A stretch of 62,992 nt of DNA, filler included, from Stramenopiles sp. TOSAG23-6 (Eukaryota): the NCBI GenBank assembly GCA_900128565.1. It is 9 parts of 9 records of this genome, joined end to end, with 100 filler letters (N's around TTAATTAATTAA, not from the genome) between each part and the next. Parts side by side here need not be neighbours in the genome. Positions count along the whole stretch, not along the records: positions 9,834 to 19,531 come from LT636356.1; positions 19,632 to 29,319 come from LT636357.1; 7 more parts are not named here. One strand, given 5' to 3'. The stretch's first letter is position 1. Every line of letters starts with the position of its first letter. The notes under the pieces are model-generated. The model was given only the letters and a program-made list of their open reading frames with translations, was not told where the DNA came from and searched no databases. Of this stretch, positions 9,864 through 20,116 are shown piece after piece. The translations under genes and the position numbers were made by a program.

Positions 9864-12800
9864 TTATGAATCAATTACAGCAGCAACACCTTTAATTTGG
9901 CTTGCATCAACACCTTGTTGTTCTTTTGCAAATCCAAGGAATATTTGTTCAAGTGTTGTTTGTCCAACACAATATTCACTTAGTCCAAGGGCATCTTTAT
10001 TACGTTCCAAGAGGCCAAATACTTTTCCAAGAGGAACCTTTGTGTCATTTCCAACATCCATACTACCACCATTATTACCCATACTACCACCATTATTACC
10101 AATACTACCACCATTATTACCAATACTACCACCATTATTACCCATACTACCACCATTATTACTACCACCATTATTACCAATACTACCAACATTATTACTA
10201 CCACCATTATTACCAACACCCATACTACCATTATCAACATCCTCACTAAATGGTAAAGAAAGACGTAACGAATTACCATGTTGTTCAACTAAAACAGCAT
10301 CAGGTGATATATTTTGTTTACACCAAGCAAGTAAATTATCAAGTACATCTTCTGCAATCCACCACTCAATAAATGATGGTACATNAACACTATTTTGCTG
10401 CAAAAGNAGATCTTGTAACACCCATGAAGATGATCCAGGTATACTGAATGATTCATATCGTGCAGCGTTACCTAGTTGTTGACATGCATTTAAAAGTTGA
10501 TTTGAAGGTATTTTTAAGTCTGTAGCACTTTGTGCACCGTCAATATTTCCTGTTGTATTTGTTTTTATATTTCCTACACAAAGTGACTGAATTGCTGTAA
10601 TTAATTGTACACTTTTCTCTCGACTACCTGGAGCAACGCGAACTTCTAATTGATATCCATGTCCATATCTATCCTTTAAATGCTGCTCTGATCCAATGCA
10701 CCGTAATCGACCATCCACCATGATTCCAATACGGGTACAAAGCGCAGAACATTCTTCCATTGAATGAGTCGTCAAGATAATAGTAGCCTCCCTATTCTGT
10801 GTTGATATTTCTGATATGAGAGACCACATGAAACGTTTTGCCACTGGATCCATTCCTGCTGATGGTTCATCCAGAAAGATAATTGGTGGTGCACCAATTA
10901 ATGCAATGGCTACACATAATTTACGTTTATTTCCTCCAGATAATGATCCAGCAGATTTATCTGCAAACTCAACTAAATCCATCTTTTTAATTTTCTCTTC
11001 AATCTCCATATTCAATGAATCGCCTTGAACACCTTTAATCATTCCGAATATTCTTAAATGCTGTCGAACAGTCACCTTTGGTAACAATGCATTGTGTTGC
11101 GGACAATAACCAATAAGTCGTCGGACTGCAATCTGCTCACTTAATATATCTCGGCCACCCATAGCTGCCGTACCAACAGTAGGTAAATGATCACCACTCA
11201 ACATTCGAAATACTGTCGTTTTGCCGGCACCATTTGTACCTAAAAATCCAAACACTTCACCACGTTTAATACCAAACCACATATCTTTAACAGCAACCTT
11301 TTTAAACCTTTTTCCATCTTTATTTTTTGATCTAAATACCTTTCGAAGTCCGCGTGCTTCCACCATATTCTTACCAATCGATTGTTCCTTCACACGATTC
11401 CGTTCATTTATAACATCGGCATCTTCACCGTGAAATGGAGCATCAACAATATTCGGTTCCATACATGAACACAAAAAGCGTTGTATAGAAGGTAGAGATA
11501 AGACAATATCAATTGTAAATGCAAGTAACGGAAAGAGTATTGCACCCAACAACATACCGCGTATTTCAGGCCATGCAACTGCTTCATCCATGCCAGATAC
11601 TGGAGCTGTACTGTTATAACATGATGTTGTAATATTCACAGTACATTCACGACAATTTAAAGGGAGATCCGCATGATACTCTGTCGAACCTTGAGGTGCG
11701 CCAGCAATAAATCCCTTTTTTACAAGATCTCTTGGACACACAAGACATTGGTGGTACTGAGAAGCAAGAAATCCTTTCAATGCTAATGAAAAGAATGCAG
11801 ACGGTAAGGCAAATTGAGGAAGGAAACTTACAAATTTCTTTGACCAAAAACCATACTTACAAGTACTTTCAACAAGCTGTAACGTTCCCATTACAATACA
11901 CAATACTATACTCATCACACCAATACTTATTGTAACTGTAACAGCTGTACTGGGTGACTTGAACAAGTATGAAGTTAAATATGATAATCCAAATACAGCT
12001 GGACCATACAAAAGTATTGCAAGTCTTGTTGCATCCCAATTATCATCAGCAGTCGTTGTATATGCAGTTAAATCTTCATCCCAAATATTAAATATCAATA
12101 TGGTCCCCCATGCAGGAATCATATACAACAACACATCCCATAACCATGCTGTAAACCAATATGCTGTCAATGATACACCAGACACCAATTGTTGATGTTT
12201 GAAACCCAATGATCTCTCACGTACAATAAATTCAATCACGGGTGCTGGAATAAATGAAAAGGCTAAACCAATTAAAAATACGACAACAAAAGTTAAATTT
12301 GCTTTCTGTTCATCTTCCAATTTAATTGTTAATGGTAATGGATGAAGTGTTACATCAATTGTTCCAGCATTTCCAGGGTCAAACATTTTCCAAAATGATG
12401 ATGATAATATAGACTGAAATAATGGAACACCAAATGTCGCTGTTGAATTTGTCATTAAAAGCAAATTATAGAAATTATCATCTGGTACTGAACCTTTTAG
12501 TCCTTCTATTGGCGGCAAAATACCCCATGCGCCATATATACTATCAGGCCTCTCGGATTTCAAATTCAACATCCACTTCGATGTTGCACATTGCCAAGAG
12601 CCTGAATCGTCAGCGCCTGCACAAACATCAGTTGTCCAATTATTATCATCACCTCCGCCCTCTTGATCGCCATACAATGAAGATGAACATATTTCGCCCG
12701 AATACTTTGTAATTAAATCAGTGAAACTAGTACTACTGTCTACATAATGACTACCCTGTAAACTGCTACCTTTTGTTCCTACGGTTGTTCGTGCTGTTTT

Positions 12801-15800
12801 CATTGCAACAGATTCGGATGTGCCTACATATGCATTTGGAAATAAAGAAGAACCTGCCTTCATACTACCAGACCCACGAGGGTTATATGCACCTGTTGAT
12901 GGCGTGATTGCACTATAATATGGATTAGATGTTGTCAAGGCATACAGACCAAGTGTTACAAGTAATAAAGGCAATACAACCATAAATAATATTGATTTCA
13001 TATCTCTAATAAACCAATAAAATCGTTTCATAAGCATCGCTAGAATATGTAATCCTAATGAAAAAGAACTTGATGTACTGCGCTTCTTTATCTCTTTGTT
13101 AAATGCCAATGTATTTTGGCGAACTAGCTTCTTTTTTGCACCATTTATTTCATGTTTGGTATTTGTTTCGTTATTATCAACTACCTTTTGATTATTATCA
13201 GTACTTTTTACATCATCATTATATTTTTCTTCTTTTGCAACAATACCTGTATCTTTACTTTTACTAACACTTGCTTGTTTCCTATGTGCCCCTTGCGCTG
13301 ACTTGATAAATACTTCTTCTACTGTTGTTACACTGACATTAAATGTCTCTAATTTATTTGGATCTTTTGCTTTTAACTGTTCCAATTCTGTAAACAAAGC
13401 CTCAAACGAATGACTCGCGCCAAGCGGCAATTGAAAAGAAAGTTCTTGGCCGAAATTACTCAATACTTTAGCTTCGGGTACATATTTTTGTACCAACAAA
13501 GTAAGATCATCAAGACACGTAGATGATGTAGCAAGATTAGGTGCCGTACATATCATAGAATATCCTACACCATACCGCTGTTTAAGAAACATTGGAGTAC
13601 CGCAACATATCATCCGACCTTCAGACATAATACCAATGCGATCAGCTAATACATCAGCTTCTTCCATTGAATGTGTTGTTAATAAAATGATACGACCCTG
13701 TTTCGATTTTTGTAACATATTCCACGTTGAACGTTGAGCAAATACATCCATTCCACTTGTTGGTTCATCAAGCATCAGTACAGGTGAATTGCCTATTAAA
13801 GCAATAGCAAGACACGCCTTTCGCTTTTGTCCTCCAGATAAATTACTTGTCTTTGCATGTGTCTTCTCAGTCAATGCTACGCCATCTAATACCTCCTTGA
13901 TTGCAGAGTCGCGTTTGGCCTTTGGTACGAGCTTTATATTTGCATATAACTGTAAATGTTCATTCACTGTTAGTTCATCATATAAAACATTCATCTGCGG
14001 ACAAATTCCCATTAGTTTACGAATCTCTGTCATTTGATTACGTATTGATAAACCAAATATCGTTGCATCACCTGACGATGGGGCAATAAGACCACATAGT
14101 TGAGAAATTGTAGTCGTTTTACCTGCGCCATTATGACCCAACAATACAAATATTTCGCCCTTGAAAAATGCTGCATGTAAATTATCAGTGGCTACTTTTA
14201 TACTCCCATCAGCAGTTTGAAATTGTTTCGTTAAACCTCTAACATGCACACAATCATTTCGATGTAATAATGCTTCCTGCTGTTTACTGAGGCGTTCAAA
14301 ATTTTCAGTATCAGTATATGTTTGATCGCCATATAATAGCTCAATATCATTAGCATCCACTAGATCTTGCTTTTCATGTTGACTTTCGATATCATTTATA
14401 GTATCAACGCTTTTAGACTGGTCAACAGGTGTCACAGATGATGAGCATTTTGAGTAAAACGATGGTAGTAAACAAAACCATGGAGGTGATCGTATACCAA
14501 ATTCTGAAGGCAAAATTCGAGATAAATACATACCCAACACAACCCAAATTCCTGCTCCAATGTATAACATCTGCATTGCCAAACCCATACTATAATTTTC
14601 TTGTAAATCATAATACGATGACCATGTTACTGGTACAAATTTACCATTGACCAGTTTACAATAATCAATTGCTAAGCCTAGTCCTGTTGCTGGGAGTAAC
14701 GAACAGAGAGCTTTCAATGATACAGACCATGTAGGTTTCACAGCAAATGTTGGAATAAATCCCACAAAGAAACTTACAGCACCAATAACTGCAGCTGTAC
14801 CTGCTTTATCGAAGCATTGTGATACCATAAAGCAGAAGCATGAAGCATTCAATCCAAACCCAAAAAATAAGAAAAACATCATCAATATTGGAACATCAAA
14901 TAAGCCATCAATAACATCTTTTGTCAATAATATTGCGCATATTACACTATGAAATGTAAACCGTTTCATATATGATGCAATCCATGATACTGCCACTGAG
15001 GAAGGAAATAATCCCATCATTTTCATACCTTCACGAATACGTGATTCTTTCTCGTATACTAACCGTTTCACCATAAAAAAAACTGGTATAGTAAATGCCA
15101 CAACAAATAAGGTAGTCATAATCTCAGGAATTGGACTCGCATAAAATGGATCAGTCCTGAATTCAGTTGATGGAAATGGAGTCACTCGAATACTTTGAGG
15201 GAAATATGTGTGAATCTTCATGAAATCAAACATGGCTTTATCAATTTCTGTTTGCTTATCTTTTGCAAGTAATCCATATGCTGTATCAAATGCTTGGTGA
15301 TAAGATGTTTTTGTATCCGCGCCATCGAGACCAATCATTGTTTTTATTGCTTTCTTATGCTCATCATTGCCTAAACTTCCGTATCCACATTTATCATTAT
15401 CCCAATCACATCGACGATATTCCCAATAACACTCACAGCTACTGGGACCTCGACAGTTCCTTTCACATGATTCTTCAGTCATATATGACACAGATTCTGC
15501 TGCTTTACCAGTACCTGCAGGACAAGCTTTCTCCGAGTCTTGTGTCGGCGCCTTGCATTTATCTGCATCACGCCAATGGATTTTACATTTATAATTCTTT
15601 TCGTGAAATAAAGCGCCACCAAATACGGATAGATTACACACTGCAGCAAGTGAATCAAGATATGTTGTCACCTGATTATCAATGTCTTTCTGATCACATA
15701 TACCATAATCAAGTAATGTTGATGGTGTTGCATTCTTCAGCTGCTTGTTAATATAATATTTATCTACTAGTAACTGTATTGTAGATAATGCAGGTAATGG

Positions 15801-17369
15801 ATAAGCATGTGTCATTGTTGTTATCTTCCCATCTTTAAATGTACAAGGTTTCATTACATTTTTTTCCCAATATTCATTACATTCCCATTGCGATTTATCA
15901 CATGTTGTCATATCAAGACTTGTATGAAGATACATGAATGGCATTGATCGTGTACCGCGCTCAAGAGATACTTCAGGGTCGGTGGACGCTGGTAGAAATA
16001 TCTCCTCACCTTTTGATTGTGGACGAATTGTATAACTTACATCACCATTGGATGATTTTGTAAACGATAAACCAAATATTATACGGGGCTGCTGAGGTGA
16101 CTCACCATGTCCCTGCTGACGTACAGCTGCATCTACTGCACTCGAGGACTCAAATATTTGTATTTGATCCGCAAGTGAAGGCACATTCATTGAAGTAAAC
16201 TGTTTTGACGTAAACACATTATCAAAATCAATACCAGGTATTACTGTTTTTACCCAAGCATGAAACGCTTTTGTCTCTGCATTATTTGGATACAATGCAA
16301 TTATAAAATTATTATCTTTCATTGTCGAGGCTTGTAATTCTAAGCGTTGCGTCCAACCTCGATTTCTATACCTTTCGTAATCATTCTTCGAATTCGTGCT
16401 TGTGCATACTTGTTTATTTCCTCGAACTTTTGCAATTTCTTGCTTGACTGAAGTCCAGGGGTGCTTTGTTGGATCGTGAATGAGTCCACCTCCAAATCCA
16501 AGACCTAAGCCGACAGATGGAGCACCTCCGTTATAGCTACCACGTTGAAACTCATTGCCCCACTTCCAACCATTGTGCCAAAATCCAGGCTCAATCCAAG
16601 ACGGTAACCATTGTGGTAATATATTCCAAGCTACTCCCTCTGATGGTACACTCATTTCACACTGTTGTGACTTTTGATCACAATACTTTCTTGCATTGTT
16701 ACCATTGCGTAGCTCCCAATTTTGTGTATTTGGATCAGGCCATATATATTGATTTGTTATATCATCGCAAATATTCACACAACGCCCAATAGTCCATTTA
16801 TGACCTTTACCTTCACAATCTTCTTTGCTACTGTGGTTTCCGTTCGTTGGTTTTGGACTACCTCCAATGACGGCGCCATTTGAGTCTGTACAAAGTCCTC
16901 TTCCATGACAATTGTTATCTTTATTATGGTCCCAATGATTATAGTCACACTTCCATTCACATCCTGATTTAGTATTACATGCATTTACGTCACTTATCAA
17001 GGATGGAGCAGAACATACTGTAGCCGTCTTTTGTATACATCGAGCTGCTTTTAAACTATCATCTTTATATGTGTTTTGCAACAAGAAATACACCACTGTA
17101 AATAGGCCAATAAAAAATAAAGGACATAATAACTCACAACATAATGCACAACAATGACGTCTACTAATTTTTGAATTTTTCGTTGTTAAAGCTCGCACGT
17201 GTGTTATCCACGCTTTTGCTGCAGATTCTTGAGGCTTTGACAAACTCTGTTGAATTACATCGTTTTGAGACTCACCGTTTACTCCAGAATCGGGTGGTAA
17301 AGCTGAAATTTCAATTTCACGTGTCTCCAATTGATCCTTTATGTTTTTGTTTGATACTTTAGCTTCCAT
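9864..17369 (-). CDS. ABCA-family full transporter, 2501 aa, intronless
   Basis: Two TMD-NBD halves: GHNGAGKTT/LSGGQKRK/LDEPTSGMD and GTNGAGKTT/LSGGNKRK/LDEPSAGMD, EKESRIREGMKMMG and QTTLEQIF. Confidence 0.95.
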   Translation of the reverse strand: MEAKVSNKNIKDQLETREIEISALPPDSGVNGESQNDVIQQSLSKPQESAAKAWITHVRALTTKNSKISRRHCCALCCELLCPLFFIGLFTVVYFLLQNTYKDDSLKAARCIQKTATVCSAPSLISDVNACNTKSGCEWKCDYNHWDHNKDNNCHGRGLCTDSNGAVIGGSPKPTNGNHSSKEDCEGKGHKWTIGRCVNICDDITNQYIWPDPNTQNWELRNGNNARKYCDQKSQQCEMSVPSEGVAWNILPQWLPSWIEPGFWHNGWKWGNEFQRGSYNGGAPSVGLGLGFGGGLIHDPTKHPWTSVKQEIAKVRGNKQVCTSTNSKNDYERYRNRGWTQRLELQASTMKDNNFIIALYPNNAETKAFHAWVKTVIPGIDFDNVFTSKQFTSMNVPSLADQIQIFESSSAVDAAVRQQGHGESPQQPRIIFGLSFTKSSNGDVSYTIRPQSKGEEIFLPASTDPEVSLERGTRSMPFMYLHTSLDMTTCDKSQWECNEYWEKNVMKPCTFKDGKITTMTHAYPLPALSTIQLLVDKYYINKQLKNATPSTLLDYGICDQKDIDNQVTTYLDSLAAVCNLSVFGGALFHEKNYKCKIHWRDADKCKAPTQDSEKACPAGTGKAAESVSYMTEESCERNCRGPSSCECYWEYRRCDWDNDKCGYGSLGNDEHKKAIKTMIGLDGADTKTSYHQAFDTAYGLLAKDKQTEIDKAMFDFMKIHTYFPQSIRVTPFPSTEFRTDPFYASPIPEIMTTLFVVAFTIPVFFMVKRLVYEKESRIREGMKMMGLFPSSVAVSWIASYMKRFTFHSVICAILLTKDVIDGLFDVPILMMFFLFFGFGLNASCFCFMVSQCFDKAGTAAVIGAVSFFVGFIPTFAVKPTWSVSLKALCSLLPATGLGLAIDYCKLVNGKFVPVTWSSYYDLQENYSMGLAMQMLYIGAGIWVVLGMYLSRILPSEFGIRSPPWFCLLPSFYSKCSSSVTPVDQSKSVDTINDIESQHEKQDLVDANDIELLYGDQTYTDTENFERLSKQQEALLHRNDCVHVRGLTKQFQTADGSIKVATDNLHAAFFKGEIFVLLGHNGAGKTTTISQLCGLIAPSSGDATIFGLSIRNQMTEIRKLMGICPQMNVLYDELTVNEHLQLYANIKLVPKAKRDSAIKEVLDGVALTEKTHAKTSNLSGGQKRKACLAIALIGNSPVLMLDEPTSGMDVFAQRSTWNMLQKSKQGRIILLTTHSMEEADVLADRIGIMSEGRMICCGTPMFLKQRYGVGYSMICTAPNLATSSTCLDDLTLLVQKYVPEAKVLSNFGQELSFQLPLGASHSFEALFTELEQLKAKDPNKLETFNVSVTTVEEVFIKSAQGAHRKQASVSKSKDTGIVAKEEKYNDDVKSTDNNQKVVDNNETNTKHEINGAKKKLVRQNTLAFNKEIKKRSTSSSFSLGLHILAMLMKRFYWFIRDMKSILFMVVLPLLLVTLGLYALTTSNPYYSAITPSTGAYNPRGSGSMKAGSSLFPNAYVGTSESVAMKTARTTVGTKGSSLQGSHYVDSSTSFTDLITKYSGEICSSSLYGDQEGGGDDNNWTTDVCAGADDSGSWQCATSKWMLNLKSERPDSIYGAWGILPPIEGLKGSVPDDNFYNLLLMTNSTATFGVPLFQSILSSSFWKMFDPGNAGTIDVTLHPLPLTIKLEDEQKANLTFVVVFLIGLAFSFIPAPVIEFIVRERSLGFKHQQLVSGVSLTAYWFTAWLWDVLLYMIPAWGTILIFNIWDEDLTAYTTTADDNWDATRLAILLYGPAVFGLSYLTSYLFKSPSTAVTVTISIGVMSIVLCIVMGTLQLVESTCKYGFWSKKFVSFLPQFALPSAFFSLALKGFLASQYHQCLVCPRDLVKKGFIAGAPQGSTEYHADLPLNCRECTVNITTSCYNSTAPVSGMDEAVAWPEIRGMLLGAILFPLLAFTIDIVLSLPSIQRFLCSCMEPNIVDAPFHGEDADVINERNRVKEQSIGKNMVEARGLRKVFRSKNKDGKRFKKVAVKDMWFGIKRGEVFGFLGTNGAGKTTVFRMLSGDHLPTVGTAAMGGRDILSEQIAVRRLIGYCPQHNALLPKVTVRQHLRIFGMIKGVQGDSLNMEIEEKIKKMDLVEFADKSAGSLSGGNKRKLCVAIALIGAPPIIFLDEPSAGMDPVAKRFMWSLISEISTQNREATIILTTHSMEECSALCTRIGIMVDGRLRCIGSEQHLKDRYGHGYQLEVRVAPGSREKSVQLITAIQSLCVGNIKTNTTGNIDGAQSATDLKIPSNQLLNACQQLGNAARYESFSIPGSSSWVLQDXLLQQNSVXVPSFIEWWIAEDVLDNLLAWCKQNISPDAVLVEQHGNSLRLSLPFSEDVDNGSMGVGNNGGSNNVGSIGNNGGSNNGGSMGNNGGSIGNNGGSIGNNGGSMGNNGGSMDVGNDTKVPLGKVFGLLERNKDALGLSEYCVGQTTLEQIFLGFAKEQQGVDASQIKGVAAVIDS
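10058..10231 (-). repeat. 21-24 nt coding tandem repeat (GNNGGS[M/I]) in the ABCA C-terminus
   Basis: Repeated CATACTACCACCATTATTACC units. Confidence 0.85.
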
Positions 17370-17903
17370 TTTGCAACCTTTGTAATAAAAGTGCCAGATT
17401 ATTTAAAAACTAGAACGAAACAAAATCAAAAGATAGTGTAGTAGACTCTGTTCAAGAAGCCAATTGGTCGCAGCTTATATAGATACGTTTGCGATACGTT
17501 TTAAGGGCCGGTCTCCGCTAAGAGATCGGCCGCGGACATCAAATCGGGTCGCACTATAACGTANCACTTTCATTTTTTCCTTATCGAACGTGTCTCTACG
17601 ATTCAGTAACGTGATAATTATATTGTATAAAAAGTTGTGTTGACCCTTCCTATAGGTCTTATAAAGATCTCCAGGTATTGGCCTTGCTGTAGGTTATTTC
17701 TATCTTTTGCTATTAGTATTAACCTAGTCTCCCTTCATTATACCTCAACCACATATTCAGAATCTACGCGCAAGTTTATATTCTAAGCATAGTTAGACTC
17801 CTATCACTGTTTAGTGCAATTATCTATCAAAAGTCAGTGCCAATACCATTTGCTGTAGCGCCATATATTTTTTTTTGCCCAAAAGTGTTGAGATTAGGTG
17901 AAT

Positions 17904-19531
17904 ATGCCTAATAAGCGACAGCATCAACCTAATTCCGGAAGAACACCAGGATCGAAGAAATCTAGGAGTGTCCTTGGAGCCACTTATCTGAAAAATTGTC
18001 CAGCTGGTGGACAATGTGCGGCTATAAGGTGTCATAACGATGTGTCAAAGACATGGTATGATGTTCTCAACAACAGAACAGATCTCCAAAGTATTTGTCC
18101 AATAAATATTCATGCTGGTCGTCATTTTGTCTGTTTCGGTTGCGCACAAAGTGCAAATATTGGTCAAGTTGTAAGTTGAGTGTACATCTTCATTTTTTAC
18201 TGTACGAACTCGATTTTTTAATATGTTGTACCTAACTATACAATAACCATTCTGTACTAGGCCTGAGTTCTAACTAATCGGCATTCAATTTATATATTCA
18301 TTTTTTTGTAGGGTGCTGAATTATGGTGCAGTAGAAAAGGCTGTAGTCATGGCCCGTGCGGAAAGGCTGCAATACTTGGAAAAAAAATGACAAATTGGCC
18401 CGGCAAAAGTGGTAAATTATGTCAGCTAAAGTCGTTACCAATGAATTGGGTAGTGAACAGAGCAAATTTAGTAAGAAGCACGAGGCCTGAATTATATAAC
18501 GGAAAAGTATGTCAATGCTGCTTTTCTGATTTCTTGGCTGAACATCGTTTAAAGGAGAACGAAAGAAATCGTGTCAATGAGTCCACCAAAAGAGCAGCAA
18601 GAAGACTGAAAACGAGTATAAAAAATAGTCAAACTCAGGTGTCTGATTCTGGTCACAAAGAAGATGTCCCTGTTGCAGCTGTTGACAATGGTACATTGGA
18701 AAAACATAATCAGCTAACACCGCATGATGATCAGCTAACACCGCGTGCTACTAGTACTAGTAGTTGTAACAGTCCCACACACCCCAAAACGCCTGTTGCA
18801 TCTAGAAGAGTTAATATTGATCGTAGTAGTACTGAAAGTGATAGTAGTACAGTAATTAATAGTAGTGTGGTGAGTGATATTCATTTAGTAGTAGATGGTG
18901 AAATTTCTTTACAATCACCAATTGTGCCTATCAGAACACCTTTGGACACAAATAGTAATAATATTGATGATAGTAGAAATAGTATTAGTGATTATAGTGT
19001 AGTAAGAGCAACAAATAATAATAATAATGATAATAGCACCAAAATTAGTAATAATAATAGCAATGTAATTAGTAATATTATTAATAAAAAAAATGATAAC
19101 CATAATCCATCTATGGTTTTATCAACCACCCCATCACGTCCCAAAACCAAAAACTCTGCTACTTTTCGCACAGCTGGGAAAATATTTGATAAAAAGCACA
19201 AAACGACAAGATATAAAAAAGCCACACCATTAAGCAAAAATGCACCAGGACGTCTAGCAAGAAAATCTACATTGATGCAACGAAAAAGTCAAAGTAAAGT
19301 GTATCTTGACTTGGACAATTTACCAGCAGATCTTACAGGGTCAATAACAGTTGAAACCCATTTAATCTTAGAAGAATGGACAAAACAAACATGCCCCAAT
19401 TGCCAATTCACAGGAGATGATAATGGTCATGTCTTTTCATTCCATCATCATGAGTGGAAAAGTTGTGTTTGTTTTAATTTTTTTTCAAATTCGAATTTTT
19501 TTTCGTACGAAATTTTGTACCTAACGATTTT
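17904..19531 (+). CDS. Cys-rich hypothetical protein, 3'-truncated; exons 17904-18170 and 18312-19466
   Basis: A canonical GTAAGT...TGTAG intron (18171-18311) joins two ORFs in frame; several CxxC clusters and an N/S-rich linker. Confidence 0.65.
19467..19531 (+). mobile_element. Introner-like family copy truncated by contig end
   Basis: GTTTGTTTT, CAAATTCGAATTT and the core motif. Confidence 0.8.
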
Positions 19532-20116
19532 NNNNNNNNNNNNNNNNNNNNNNNNNNNNNNNNNNNNNNNNNNNNTTAATTAATTAANNNNNNNNNNNNN
19601 NNNNNNNNNNNNNNNNNNNNNNNNNNNNNNNACAATATAGTTAGAGCTTCTTTTTCCAATAAATTACGATGTTTCACTTCTACACGCCTTAACCATTCGG
19701 CACAGGTTTCGTTTTCTTTTTTTGTAAAGGTTGTTTCTACGTTGAAGCGAACAGAACTTTCAAAAAACATTCTGAAAACTCTTTTAACACGGTCATAGTA
19801 GTACAGTACTGCGTCACTCAATACAATAATGCCTCTCGAAGGAGTCGTTATATTATTATTATTGTGAATTGCAGTTTTCTAAAAATGTATACAGTGTTCT
19901 ACGTACAAAAAAGTGGTATTGAATCCAAAGATACGTAGAACGCTGAATGTATAGCAATATGTAAAGCATTAAAAGAAATACAAAACATCTTAAATTAAAT
20001 TCGTTTATTTAACTGTACACTGTACACATTGTAAAAGTATATAGATCTAAATTGTACCTATCATAATTATTAAGTTCTCACATCCTTCTAGAATAAATTA
20101 TAAACATCAAAGATCA

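Noticed and set aside
9902-10482. His/Tyr-, Val/Met- and Leu/Pro-rich ORFs (also at 24695-26560)
   Set aside because: They are alternative-frame shadows of coding repeats in real genes.
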